The notes beneath the pieces are model-generated. The model was not told the DNA's origin. It saw nothing but the letters and a program-made list of their open reading frames with translations, and did not search any database. Shown piece by piece: positions 32,184-44,300 of a DNA stretch of 64,000 nucleotides; positions within the stretch are counted from its first letter, which is position 1, and every line of letters starts with the position of its first letter. Source of the stretch: Nitrospirota bacterium. Its GTDB lineage: Bacteria > Nitrospirota > UBA9217. Made by a program: the position numbers and the translations under genes. The DNA lies in contig CAWJQQ010000001.1 of NCBI GenBank assembly GCA_963845065.1, positions 320,001-384,000 on the forward strand, given 5' to 3'.

Positions 32184-32651
32184 TTATTTTTGCCGCTTTA
32201 TAAATTCCTCAGGTGTCAACGCTTTCATAATAAGCATATCTTTGAAATGTGCTGAATCCCAGCTTATAAACAATGCTCGCTCCGTCAAGGAACTATTGAC
32301 TAGATGTGCTATTAATGCATCACCAAGGCTTGCTTTTCTCTTCAGTAGTTCCATAATATCTTTTATCGTAGGAGAGGGGAATTGGATATCCTGACTATGC
32401 GATGGAAGAATATCCACCCCGAATTTTTCTGGTAGGTAATAGAACAATTCCTGCAGCTGCCGGCTGTTTAAATTAAAGGACAGTATTCCGCATACCTCCA
32501 GAAGATTAATGATACTTGTAACACCGTTCCCAGACTTCCCAATAAAATTCAAAAAAGCCTTATTTGTGTTAAAATTAGCGTCATTCGAATATCTTAGATC
32601 AATAATAAAAACATTAGAATCAATAAAGATTATATTCTTTTTCTTGTCCAA
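32184..32651 (-). CDS. PIN-domain (VapC-like) toxin
   Basis: IFIDSNVF...NLLEV...LGDALI...ISWDSAHF..LTPEEF. Confidence 0.8.
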   Translation of the reverse strand: MDKKKNIIFIDSNVFIIDLRYSNDANFNTNKAFLNFIGKSGNGVTSIINLLEVCGILSFNLNSRQLQELFYYLPEKFGVDILPSHSQDIQFPSPTIKDIMELLKRKASLGDALIAHLVNSSLTERALFISWDSAHFKDMLIMKALTPEEFIKRQK

Positions 32652-32890
32652 GACATCGCCTCCTTTGCGCTCGCGAATCTTGGAGTGGTTTTTCGAAGAG
32701 CATCCTTTATGTCATTCCACGCCTCATCAATATTTCTAAGAGATGACTTCCCTAGTGTATCTTCTGTTGCCGGGGAGATCAAAGCAAAAGGTTTTCCTCG
32801 CAGAGTGACAACCACCCTTTCTCCTTTTAAAACCGTTCTCATCGCTTCACCTGTTTTATTCTTAAGGTCTCTCGCAGTCATTGTTTTCAT
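32630..32890 (-). CDS. Phd/YefM-family antitoxin
   Basis: MTARDLKNKTGEAMR.V.KGE.VVVT.RGKP.A. Confidence 0.88.
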   Translation of the reverse strand: MKTMTARDLKNKTGEAMRTVLKGERVVVTLRGKPFALISPATEDTLGKSSLRNIDEAWNDIKDALRKTTPRFASAKEAMSWTRKRI

Positions 32891-33049
32891 GAGCCCTCCT
32901 ATTGGTAGCTACTTAATATATACTATAGCTATATTATAACTTACATGTGGTATCGATACAAGTGCTTAATTTTGCTATGCATCAACCCACAGATCAAATT
33001 TGGGATAAATAAAATTTATGCTCTATCAACCATTAAATCCGAATACCCC

Positions 33050-33196
33050 TTAAAGGTTCCTCCAAACATCCGACTTCACGCTTTGAAAGACGACCGTGTG
33101 GGTCAATACGCGATTTCAATCAACGACCAATGACGAATTTGTTTTCATTTTAAAGACGGCGATGCTTACGATGTCGAAATAACCGATTATCATTGA
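33050..33196 (+). pseudogene. higB: higB toxin, 3' part, with internal TGA at the usual Trp position
   Basis: LKVPPNIRLHALKDDRVGQYAISINDQ*RICFHFKDGDAYDVEITDYH*. Confidence 0.82.
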
Positions 33197-33206
33197 AAGG
33201 TGTACT

Positions 33207-33519
33207 ATGGCCATCGCAAATTTAGATGTCCGAACTGTGAAGCCGACTCATCCTGGAGATGCTTCGTGAAGACTTTATGGCTGATTACGGGCTTACTACA
33301 GCAAGCCTCGCCGAAGCTCTTGGCGTTTCCCGTCAAACGATCAACGAGATATTGCATGAACGCAGGTCGATTTCACCGGCTATGGCACTGTTGCTATCTC
33401 GACTTTTCGGAAATTCTCCTGAGTTTTGGCTCAATGCCCAGCGTTCAGTAGATCTTTGGGAGGCAAAGAAGCGTCAGGAAAAGAAGCTTAGGCGGATACA
33501 ACCACTGAGCGCTGCCTGA
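33207..33519 (+). pseudogene. higA: higA antitoxin, frameshifted at the HPGE motif (may be translated from ATG 33259)
   Basis: MAIANLDVRTVKPTHPG / MLREDF...SPEFWLNAQ in different frames. Confidence 0.78.
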
Positions 33520-33617
33520 TACTTATCACTATTTGCTCAGCCCACTGTCCAGCCCTTCATGACGCACGCGAGAACTGGTTCCTAAGGATCGCATGAAGCC
33601 CAAATATAAAATGTTAA

Positions 33618-33666
33618 GGCTCATAACCGGAAGGTCGTCGGTTCAAATCCGGCTCCCCCGCGACAA
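33618..33666 (+). pseudogene. Second tRNA-Met 3' half; probable att scar
   Basis: ggctcataaccggaaggtcgtcggttcaaatccggctcccccgcgacaa. Confidence 0.72.
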
Positions 33667-33716
33667 CAGTCATTTCCTCAATCGTTCGATTTAGGCCGCC
33701 AAGCAGGTTGACAATT

Positions 33717-34018
33717 TCATGGCCATTGCTTCCGGAGGGTCTTTAGCCCTTTGAGATAATCTTCGTATTCCAGGTTCGATTCCACTCCATACTCCGCAAG
33801 GAGATCAATCATCTTTGAAAGCGATACCCTGCCAATCGAGCAGCCTTTTCAAGGGATGCTTTGGATTTATTGTACTTTTCAACGGCAAGCATGATCCTTC
33901 CGTGATCGAGAAGTTCGCATACAGTCTTGGACATATCTCCCTGTTCTTCCTTAGCCAAAGAAGAAAGAAACTTATAATCCTTCTCATCGATGCGTATGCT
34001 CAATGTTTTTGTAGCCAT
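33717..34018 (-). pseudogene. UPF0175-like antitoxin, frameshifted
   Basis: MATKTLSIRI...SLEKAARLAG / VSLSKMIDLLAEYGV...LRKQWP*. Confidence 0.6.
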
Positions 34019-34036
34019 ACCTTACTCGTGAAGCCT

Positions 34037-34144
34037 ATGGCAAGGCCAATGCCTAAAGTCTTCCTGGATACGAGCGCGTTCATCGCAGGGGTCGTCGCCC
34101 GCGAGGTCCTGCGTCTGGCGGAAATAGGGCTTATCGGATCATAG
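34037..34144 (+). pseudogene. PIN-domain N-terminal fragment
   Basis: KVFLDTSAFIAG...REVLRLAE.G then stop. Confidence 0.5.
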
Positions 34145-34380
34145 TTGAGACATTCGAGTCTGATCTGTCTTCAAACTTTCATAAAATGTAACCAGGATCA
34201 CATACTACTTTAGGATTTCCGTATATCATTTCATTCAAATACCACTTTTCGATTTGAAATATTTTCTACCGATAGGGCAACGCTAAAGGGCGCTTATAGA
34301 ATAGTAAAAGGGAAAAACAACGAACCGGTTCCTCCGAACATATCTTCGAGGCCATTCAGTGCAGGAGTCTGGACAGACGA

Positions 34381-35262
34381 GTGGGCTGTATGACAACAAT
34401 GATCGACAAACCATCGAGAAACCATGACACGAAACACCGCCGGAAGAGTGGAAACAACGCGTGTCCGCCCGCCGTGGGAAACACCGTACCTTCTCAGATA
34501 TTGATCGTTGATGACGATACCGCTCTCCTCGATCGGTATGTCGAGAGTCTTTCTGACGCCTATCGAGTCGTCTCGGCTCAGACCGGCCGGACTGCGATCG
34601 AGCGGGTGAAACGACGCAACGATATCGATCTCGCAGTCATTGAATATCGGCTGTCCGACATGTCCGGCATCGACGTCATGAGAGAGATCAAGGACGTTGA
34701 GCCCTCCGTTCTCGTTCTCATCGCCACGGCATACGGCGACGAGGAGGTGGCGGTCGAAGCATTTAGGAGCGGCGCCCGCGATTACCTCAAGAAGCCCTTC
34801 AGCTTATCCGAGCTTTCCACGAAGATCGACTTCTATCTCGCCCTCAGGCACGCGGATAAACAGAGCAGAAAGAACATCCTTCCCGGGTCCGAGACGCCGG
34901 CCCAGCCGGGAAGGCCACCTTCCACCGTCACCCTCAGCCAGTATCATAAGATCCAAAAGGGCGTTCGGTTTATCAACGATAACTACCGAACCGATATCCG
35001 CCTCGACGCCGTAGCCGTGGAGGCCTGCATGTGCCCGTCCCACTTTTCGAGAATATTCAGGAAGGTGATGGGCTTGTCCTATCAAGAGTATCTCAACGGC
35101 CGCAGAATCACGAAGGCCAAGAACCTCCTCCGTACCAGCCCCCGAAACGTAGCAGAAATCGCCATCTCCCTCGGTTTTGCCGATCCAACCGGCTTCGGCA
35201 GAATTTTCAAGAAGCTGACCAGCCAGACGCCTTCCGCCTACAGAAGCCTGCCCCGAAACTGA
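34381..35262 (+). CDS. Response regulator with AraC-type DNA-binding domain
   Basis: ILIVDDD receiver with Glu at the phospho-Asp position (LAVIEYRL), TAY, KP; C-terminal AraC HTH. Confidence 0.9.
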   Translation: MGCMTTMIDKPSRNHDTKHRRKSGNNACPPAVGNTVPSQILIVDDDTALLDRYVESLSDAYRVVSAQTGRTAIERVKRRNDIDLAVIEYRLSDMSGIDVMREIKDVEPSVLVLIATAYGDEEVAVEAFRSGARDYLKKPFSLSELSTKIDFYLALRHADKQSRKNILPGSETPAQPGRPPSTVTLSQYHKIQKGVRFINDNYRTDIRLDAVAVEACMCPSHFSRIFRKVMGLSYQEYLNGRRITKAKNLLRTSPRNVAEIAISLGFADPTGFGRIFKKLTSQTPSAYRSLPRN

Positions 35263-35279
35263 TTTTTTTACAAAAAAAG

Positions 35280-35354
35280 CATAAAAAGCCGAGAGCATGT
35301 CATAAAAAGCCGAGACAGGAGCGGTTGACATCTGCTAGCTTTGTCCCGTATGAG
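35280..35354 (+). promoter_or_regulatory. Tandem 15-bp direct repeats (21-bp period) upstream of TTGACA; putative AraC-type activator sites
   Basis: cataaaaagccgaga at 35280 and 35301; TTGACA 35325-35330; TATGAG 35349-35354. Confidence 0.65.
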
Positions 35355-38300
35355 AGCGAACCAGATCTGGAAGTCGGGAAGTTTCCTTATTGCCCTGATA
35401 GAATGCGGATCCAGGCTCGGGTTCCCGTTACTGCTCCTCTTCGCCCTGTTTCTGGGCGCGGCCCACTCCGCGCAGGCGACGATGGCGAGGGCCAGGTGCT
35501 CCTCCACGGAGCCCTCGGAGGCGGTACAGAAGAAGAACCCTCCGTCCCAGACTACCGCAACCATCGGCGTACCCTTCACCTATACAATCACGGCGCCGCT
35601 CCTCGGCAATCTGGACTCATCGGGGTCCTTCCACTGTACAAATGCTGCTGACGACGCTACCGTAACGAACGTGATCGTTACCGACGACCTCACGACGACG
35701 GGCGCGTCCCTAACCTACGTGACGAACGCCGCCTACCTGGTGAATTCGGCTACCGGCGCAAGAACGCCGATAAACGGAGGAGCACCGCTTAAACTCGGTG
35801 CGAGCAGTGCCTGGCTTGCCAGCCACTCCGGAGTCCTGTCCGATTCCACCAAGCATTTAGTCTTCTCCTATGAATATAATCCTGCCCTGGCATCCATCCC
35901 CGCGGGAGACAACATCGAGATAGACCTTACGGTCGTCCTCGACAACAGTCCTGCGAACAAGGCACAGACACAGTTTTCGAACACCGCCAACATGTGGTTT
36001 GGCAAGACGGACAAGGGGACGGTCATGACCGACCTCCAGGCCGAGCCCGGTACGACGCCACCCATGACGATCGTCGAGCCCAATCTCGTTGTCACGAAGA
36101 AGAGCTCGGTTTCGAACCTCTCCGCGGGGTCCAAAGCGCCCTATACCATAGACGTCCAGAACATAGGCGGATCAGACGCATGGAACACGACGATCACCGA
36201 CAACATCCCCGCTGGCATGTGCGCCTATGACCTAAGACCCACGATAACCGCAGAGATCTATGCCGCTGACGGCGTCACGCCGGTCTCGGGACCGCTCGTT
36301 CCCGGCACCGACTTTTCGGTCACCTGGAACGGCGGCACTTCATCCTCCTGCCAGATGAGCCTTGCCATGCTGACGCCAAAGGCTAAGGTCGGGCCTACCC
36401 AGCACCTGATCATAAACTACCAGGCAATGCTCGATGGCGGTATATCTTCCGGCACGTTCACCAACGTCGCCGGCGCCACCCGCTGGTTTAGCGCCGACAG
36501 CTCCTCGGCTTGCCGCCGTGAATACGACAGGACGCTTACCAATGGCACGCCGGGGATCCTCGATTTCCAGGACGCCTGTACCGTCACGGCCACCTCACCC
36601 AGCTATTACTTCCTGAAATCGGTCGAAGACTTAACGACCGGAGCATACCCGGCTGCCTCGGCCTTCCCCGGCGACAAGCTGAGGTATACGCTGCAGCTCC
36701 AGAACTTCACCGCCACCTCGCTTAACAGCGTCAAGGTCACTGACGACCTTGGCGCCTTGAACGGTTTTTCCGCCTTCGTCACGGGCACGCTCTCTCTTGC
36801 GAGTACTAACCTCCCCACGGGGACCTATACCGTATGCCCTACCTGCGGCACCAATAAGGCAGGCACCGTCACGATAAGCGGCCTTACCCTTGGTCCCAAT
36901 ACACAGTACCAGATCCAGTTCGATGTTATCCTGGCGGGAAGCCTAGCGAACGGCGCCGTAGTCAGGAACCAGGCAAGCCTGACCGGCACCGACTCTGGCA
37001 ACAAAGTATGGTCCGGCGTGAGCGACGACCCCAACATTAACGGACCGGCTCCACTGGGCCAAACGGGCGACATCACCTCCGTCACAATGCAGGTGCCAGG
37101 CGCCTTGTCGAAAACCTCGCCAATCCCCTCGACCGCAACTATCGGCCAGCAGTATAGCTACACGATCACGGTTCCGGCCGCCCCTGCCAGCGCTGCCCTG
37201 AGCGATGTGCGTATCCTGGACAGCCTGCCGTCCAACGTGAGCTTCGTCGGCGCAGCCGTCGTATCCGGAGGCACATGGAATGTGATCAATACCGGCAACG
37301 CGACCAACATCATCCTTCAGGATTCGGGCACGGGCATCGACATACCCGCAGGTGGCCAGGCCGTCATCAAGGTGACCGTGGTTGTTAATAACACTTTAGC
37401 TAACGTGAGCGGCGTATCCTTCACGAACAGTGCATCGTATACTTACAGCAAACGCAAGGGATGCGGCGCAACGACGACGGTAACCGGCGGTTCGGGAATC
37501 AGCTTGCCCATGACGGTTATCGAGCCTCATCTGACCGTCACGAAAACCGTGAGCTACTTTTCGCCATCCGCTAAACCGGCCACCAGCCCAGCCGCTGCAG
37601 GCGACGTACTCCAATATACCATCACCATGATCAACGACGGGAGCTCAACCGCGTATAACGCCGACGTCATTGATACGCTGCCGCCGAACGTAGTTCTTGT
37701 CGTCGGCTCCGCCACAGCACAGATGAACGGTGCTCCGATAGTTGGATTTATTACGAATCCTGCCATGCTTACTGGCGGCGTTATGGATTGGGGCTCCCGG
37801 AATGGAGACGGCAGCCTTGTCATACCCGTAAACGGGAAGCTGGTCTTGACGTTCCAGGCGAAGGTTCTGTCGGTCGACGGAACGACGATTGGCAACACTG
37901 CCTATACGGCATGGACATCGCTTTCAGGCAACGTTTCCGGCGAGCGCACTGGCGCCGGCTGCCCGAACATCACAGCGCCCAACAACTACTGTTCCGGCCC
38001 TGCCACCGCCACCGTATCATCGCAGGATCCCACGGTCCTTTCCAAATCCGTGGTCTCCGACAGCTGGGCCAGCGGACTAAGCACCGCCACTGACGCAACG
38101 CTTCGCATAGGCGACACCGTCGTTTACAGCCTTTCATTGACCTTCCGTTCCGGGACGACCCAGAACGTTGTGGTCACCGACACGCTTCCCTCAGGACTTT
38201 CCTATGACAGCCTTGTATCCATCGCCCCCGCCTCGGGCGGAAACTTCACCTACACCGTTTCCTCCCAGCCATCTCAGGGCGCAAGCGGGACCTTGACCTG

Positions 38301-41300
38301 GAATCTCGGGAACGTCTCGAATGTATCAGGCAGTAATGCCCTTAACACTACCCTGACCATCCAGTACCGGGCAAAAGTTATGAAGAACACGCTTTCGCAG
38401 TCGCCCGTGAAACAGATTTTGACCAACAACGCGGCAATGAATTATGCCATTAACGGCGTTGCTGCGACTCCTAAGACATCAAGCGCCGCCATAAACATAT
38501 TTCAGCCGATGCTTGGCGTTTCCAAGGCTGCCTCCCCGGCAGCCGGGGGCACCATTGTAAGCGCCGGAGAGCTCATCACCTATACCGTAAACATCTCGAA
38601 CACCGGAGCGTCTCCAGCCTATGATCCCGTGCTCACCGACACGCTGCCCGTGGGACTCCGCCAGAACGGCGTTACGACCACCAGCGTCTCACTCAAGAAC
38701 ACCGCTTCGAATGCGGTGGTTGCGACACTTCCCGTTCCCGCATCGCCGTACTTCTCGTATAACTCCGCAACAGGCGTCGCTTCCTGGAACTTCGACACAG
38801 GAGTCGCCAATGTCTACAGCGTCCCGCCGGGCGACACCCTCCAAGTGGTCTACCAGGTCAAGGCGGACAGCGTCATAGGCTCCGGGATCACCTTGGTCAA
38901 TAATGCTCTTGTCCAGCATTACTACTCCTTGGACAGCGTCGACGTGCCGGCCAACAGCGTGGTCGCCGACAGGCAGGTTTACGGGCCGACCAGTGCCGCA
39001 ACCGTTCAGCTGACCGCCACTTCCGCATCTAACCTTTCTGCGCTTTCGAAGCAGGCTCTGGTGTCCACCGCCGCACTCGGCCAGCCCTTCACCTACCGCA
39101 TCACGGTCCCCTCAACGCCGGCGTCTACGGCAATGTATAACGTTCAGGTCACTGACGATATAAGCCTCACGATGACCGGCGTGTCTCTTAACTATGTAGG
39201 CGCATCCGCCCGCCTTGCGTCAGGAGCCAAGTCCTGGACAACCCTTACTAATGCCGGGACCTCCACGAACCTGGTCCTGGCGGACACGGTAAGCGGCGGT
39301 CTTTATGTTCCCGCCGGCGACCAGCTTATCGTAGACGTCATCGTAGTGCTGGCAAACGACACGACTAACAACACCATCGGCAAGCAGTTCTCGAACACGG
39401 CGAATTACAAATACAACACGGTAAACGGCAACAACACCACAGGGGTTTCCGGCGCGCCCGGATCAAGCTCTCCCGTCACCATCGTGGGCCCAAATTTGAC
39501 CCTGACGAAGACCGGCCCAAGCACCATGAGCGCTGGTACGCCCGGCACCTTCACAATGAATGTGCAGAATGCCGGATCCGCCTCCGCATGGAATACGACC
39601 ATAACGGATGTCCTTCCCAACGTGACTGCACCGGCTAAGGGCGGCATGTGCGGCCAGGCTCCGGTAAACACCACGGCGCGCATCTACCAGCCGGACGGCG
39701 TCACACCAGTCTCTTCTCCTTTGATAAACGGCACAGACTTCACGGCCAGCTTCACTGGTCTCACGGGCACGCCGGCCTGCACCCTGACGATCTCCATGAA
39801 GTCGACGGCAGCCACGGCCATTGCTCCTACAAACCGGCTGATCGTCACGTATCAAGCTTCTCTCGACCAGGGCACCGCAGGGGGTCTCAGCCTCACCAAC
39901 GTTGCGGGCGCCACAGGATACCAGAGCGCCGACCCTTCGGCCGCCGGCGCATCAGGGAACGTGCACACCACCACGAACACCTTGACAAACGGCACGCCGG
40001 GAATATTGGATTTTCAGGATGCCTTCACGGTTACAACCGGATCTACCACAATGAGCTTCACCAAGACCGTATTCGATGTGACCACCGGGCAGTCCGGCGC
40101 AACCGCAAGGCCGGGTGACACTCTCAAATATACGCTTACGGTCCAGAACGCCGGCGGGTTCGCCGCCTCCGGCCTTTCCCTTACCGACGAGCTTGATAAG
40201 CTGAACCAGGCTGCCATGTTCGTTCCCGGAAGCCTGATACTCACGACAGTCCCCGCCGGCGCAAACGTTTCTCAGACATCAGCTACGGGTGGGACAAAAG
40301 GTACGGGTCTCGTAAATATCGGGAACCTTAATATCGCCGCTATGGGAGGGGCCAACAATACTTTGGTGGTCGCGTATACGGCCAGGCTCCTGCCCGCCAT
40401 CAACAGCGGCACTAAGGTTTTGAACCAGGGACAGGTCGGCTCTGCTACGCTGCCGTCTCTCTCAAGCAACGACCCTTCCGAAGGTGGTGGCGCCAACCCG
40501 ACCCAGACGACCATCGTCTCGGCACCGGTCTTCCGTGTACTAAAGACGGTACAGGATATGACATCAGGCACATCGATCGTCTCTGCAGGGGACACCTTGA
40601 TATACACCATCAAGGTGAACAACATCGGCACGGAGAACGCCGTGGGCGTGACTCTCAGGGACCTGATCCCGGCGAATACTTCCTATGTGGCAAACTCCAC
40701 AACCCTTAACGGAACGGCGGTGGCGGACATCAGCTCCGGCGTTTCCGCCCTCCAGAACGGCATGCCCATCGATACCACGGCAAACCCGACCCCGGGCGCC
40801 ATGCCCGCTGACGCTGCTGCCTCCGCCGCCAATACGGCAACCGTCACTTTCGACGTAAAGATCAGCGTAAGCGTGGTGAACGGCACTATAATTTCCAACC
40901 AGGGCTTTGTAGACGGTTCTGGAGCGGGGAGCGGTTCAGTCCCCGAACAGCCTTCCAGCAACCCGAACAGTCCCGTGCCGAACAGTCCAACCTCGATCGT
41001 CGTGGGAAATCAGCCGCTTCTCTATGCGCAAAAGACCGTAAAGCTCTCCGTGGACAATAACGGGAACGGCCTCGTGGACCCGGGTGACGTTATCCGTTAC
41101 ACCATCACCCTGACCAACTCTGCTGCTACACCTGCCTCCGGTGTTGTTCTTACCGACGCCGTCCCGGCCAATACAACTTACGTATCGGGCAGCACCACGC
41201 TTAATGGCAGCGCCGTAGCCGATGCCGGCGCCGGCGTATCACTCCTGGCTTCTGGCATGTCTGTCGTTTCCTCCAGCCCTACGCAGACTTCTTCGCCGTC

Positions 41301-44300
41301 CGGCAGCACTGTGGCCGCGAACAGCATCACCTTCGACGTCCGGATCAACGCCGGAGTAACCACCGGAACGATCATCTGTAATCAAGGCACCGTAACAGCA
41401 ACAGGTCTTAAACCCTTTTTGACCGACTCCGACGGCAATTCTACCAACGGCTACCAACCCACTTGCATCACTGTCGGGAACGCCGAACAGCTTGCCGTCA
41501 CCAAAACGTATGCCGTGATGGGAGGAGGCGCACCGCTTCCTGGCAGCATCGTTCAATACACTGTCTCCGCCACCAATATCGGCACGGTCCCGGCCACAAG
41601 CGTGGTGATCACGGATGATCTATCCCCGATCTTGGCACAGTCCTCCTATGTCTCAGGTTCTGCGGCAATGAATGGTTCTGTGAATGGCGTCAGCTTCTCA
41701 TCACCGGTGATCACGGCGAACTACGGCGCGACCTATGGCGCGCTGGCGCCTGGCGGAACGGCCGTACTCCAATTCCGCGTCAAGCTAAACAGCACGGCGG
41801 CTTCCGGCACTGCCGTTACCAACACTGCCCAGGTGGCTTGGAACAATCCACAACAAACGACGACGTCAAGCGTCACCCTTAATTTCAGTTCACAGCCAGG
41901 GATCTTCTCCGGCCGGATATGGCAAGACTCCAACTTCAACAAAGCGTTCGACAGCGGAGAACAGCCGTTCTCCGGATGGGCGGCGGATGTTTACAAGGAC
42001 GGCCAGCTAATAGGCACCGCATACACCGCTTCCGACGGCACTTACCAGATGAGTGGCCTCGCTCCCAATGTCGGGACTGCAAGCACGTACGAGATCCGTT
42101 TCCGCGCCCCCGGCGCGGGCACGAATACGGCCATGCTGGGATGGGCCGATTCACCGTTCACCAACGGCATGCAGCGAATATCGAACATCGTCCTTGCTTC
42201 GGGAGGAAGCATTGCGAACCTGAACCTCCCGCTGACCCCGAACGGCGTCGTCTACGATTCCGCCGCCCGGACCCCTATAGCAGGCGCCGCGCTTGTCATG
42301 CTCCAGGCCTCTACCAAGTCGCCGCTGCCCGCAGGCTGCTTTAACGATCCTGGAGCGCAGGGCCAGGTAACGCTTCCAGGAGGTTATTACAAGTTCGATC
42401 TGAACTTCAGCGACGCATCAACCTGTCCATCCGGCGGCGACTACCTGATCCAGGTCACGCCGCCCGCATCAGGATACGTTGCCGCCCTGTCAAAACTTAT
42501 ACCGCCGACGACGGACGCCGTCACGCCAACCTTCTTCGTCCCGTCCTGCCCCGGCGGCCCAGCTGACGCTGTGCCTGCAATTCCTGGTTATTGCGAGGCG
42601 CAGGCTTCCGTCCTGCCTCCGGCTGCCTCGGTGCATGCCGGACCCGTGACGGCTTACTACCTGCATCTTACATTCGACAACGCAAGGCCTGGGGACAGCC
42701 AGATCTACAACAACCACATCGCCGTCGATCCCGTGCAGAATAACGCGATCACCATCACGAAGACTTCATCGATGGTTAACGTCACGCTCGGCCAGATGGT
42801 ACCGTACACGATTACCATGACCAACACCCTGGGGGCCAATCTTACGAACCTGGAAGTCATTGACTCCCCGCCTCCGGGATTCAAGTACGTCGCCGGCTCC
42901 GGCGTGGTAGACGGCCAGAAGGTCGAGCCAACGAATAGCGGGACCCAGCTTACCTGGAACATCTCTACGCTTGCAGCAAATTCCCAGCACATCATCAATC
43001 TGATCCTGGTAGTGGGGGCCGGGGTCTCGAATGGCGATTATGTTAACCACGCCCAGGTCATGAACAGCGTCACCGGGGCCGTTCAGGCCATGAACAATGC
43101 CAAGGGCGCTGTTCCGGCCGTTAGCAAAGCCGCTGTCCCCGCCCAGGCCATGGCGGCCACTGGCAGCGCCGCTTCGGGCGTAGCGGTCGCCACGGTCCAT
43201 GTTGCGCCCGATCCCACGATGGACTGCACCGACATCATCGGCAAGGTGTTTGATGACTCCAACGCGAACGGTTATCCGGATCCGGGCGAGCAGGGCCTTG
43301 CGGGAGTGAGGATCATCTCGGCGAACGGCCTCATAGCGACTACGGACAAGTACGGCCGGTACCATATCACCTGCGCCGTGGTCCCCGACCCCGACAGGGG
43401 CAGCAACTTCATCTTGAAGCTTGACGACCGGACGCTGCCGACAGGCTACCGGGTTACCACGGATAACCCGCTTGTCCTCCGCGTGACCCGCGGCAAGGCG
43501 ATGAAATTCAACTTCGGCGCGACTCTCCACCGCGTCGTGCGCCTCGATATTGCGGACGGGGCTTTCGAGCCGAAAACGTCCGTCATGCGGGAGCAGTGGA
43601 AGCCGAGGATGGACATGCTCATAGGCGAACTTAAAAAATCCCCATCCATCCTCCGAATTTCTTACCTCGCTGACGTTGAGGACCGGTCGGTGGTTTCGGC
43701 ACGGACCGACGCGGTCAAAAAGATGGTGTCGTCCTTGTGGGGACAGGGACCCTACAGGCTCACGATCGAAACGGAGACCTACTGGAGGCGCGAAGGGTCT
43801 CTTGACAATAGTTCATTCGATAAATCTTCCGCCGTCGTGACCGCGGGAACGTACACGGCCGCCGTCCCGGCAGAGTCTTCTTCTTATGGTAATGGCGTTT
43901 CCGACGCGCCCTCCCTCGGTCAGGCTGTTGAGAGACATGCGGCTTCCGACCTTCCGCGAACCTTATGGGTGGAGGGCGGGGACTCCTCCGTTCATGCCGG
44001 ACACAGCGAGAAGGACAAGTCGAGCAATGCACAGGAAAAGACGGTGAAGACCATAAAGCAGCAGAACCTCGTACCGCCCCTGCGCTTCGGAACGGGAGAT
44101 GCAGATATCCCTGACGCGTATGTCCAGCGCCTGAAGGACATATTATCCGGCATGCAGGGAAAGAACAACGTCCGCCTGCATCTGGTGGGCCATACGGACA
44201 ATACGCCGATGTTCGGGGAAGCGAAGCAGAAGTACGTCGACAACGCGACGCTTTCCCGTGAACGGGCCAGGGCCGCTGCCCTTTATCTCCAGAAGGCCCT

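Larger units (their letters stand above)
32069..33049. mobile_element. Transposase-free IR-bounded cassette (~980 bp) carrying a Phd-PIN TA pair
   Basis: IRs ggggtcttcggattaagtggttaat / ggggtattcggatttaatggttgat (21/25); flanking duplication ttaaag (or cttaaagg). Confidence 0.85.

Noticed and set aside
33131..33133. TGA as recoded Trp or selenocysteine
   Set aside because: The gene is already insertion-disrupted, and TGA acts as a stop elsewhere in the window
33770..33800. ggttcgattcc as a third tRNA fragment
   Set aside because: No T-stem context; it is antisense coding sequence of the UPF0175-like pseudogene
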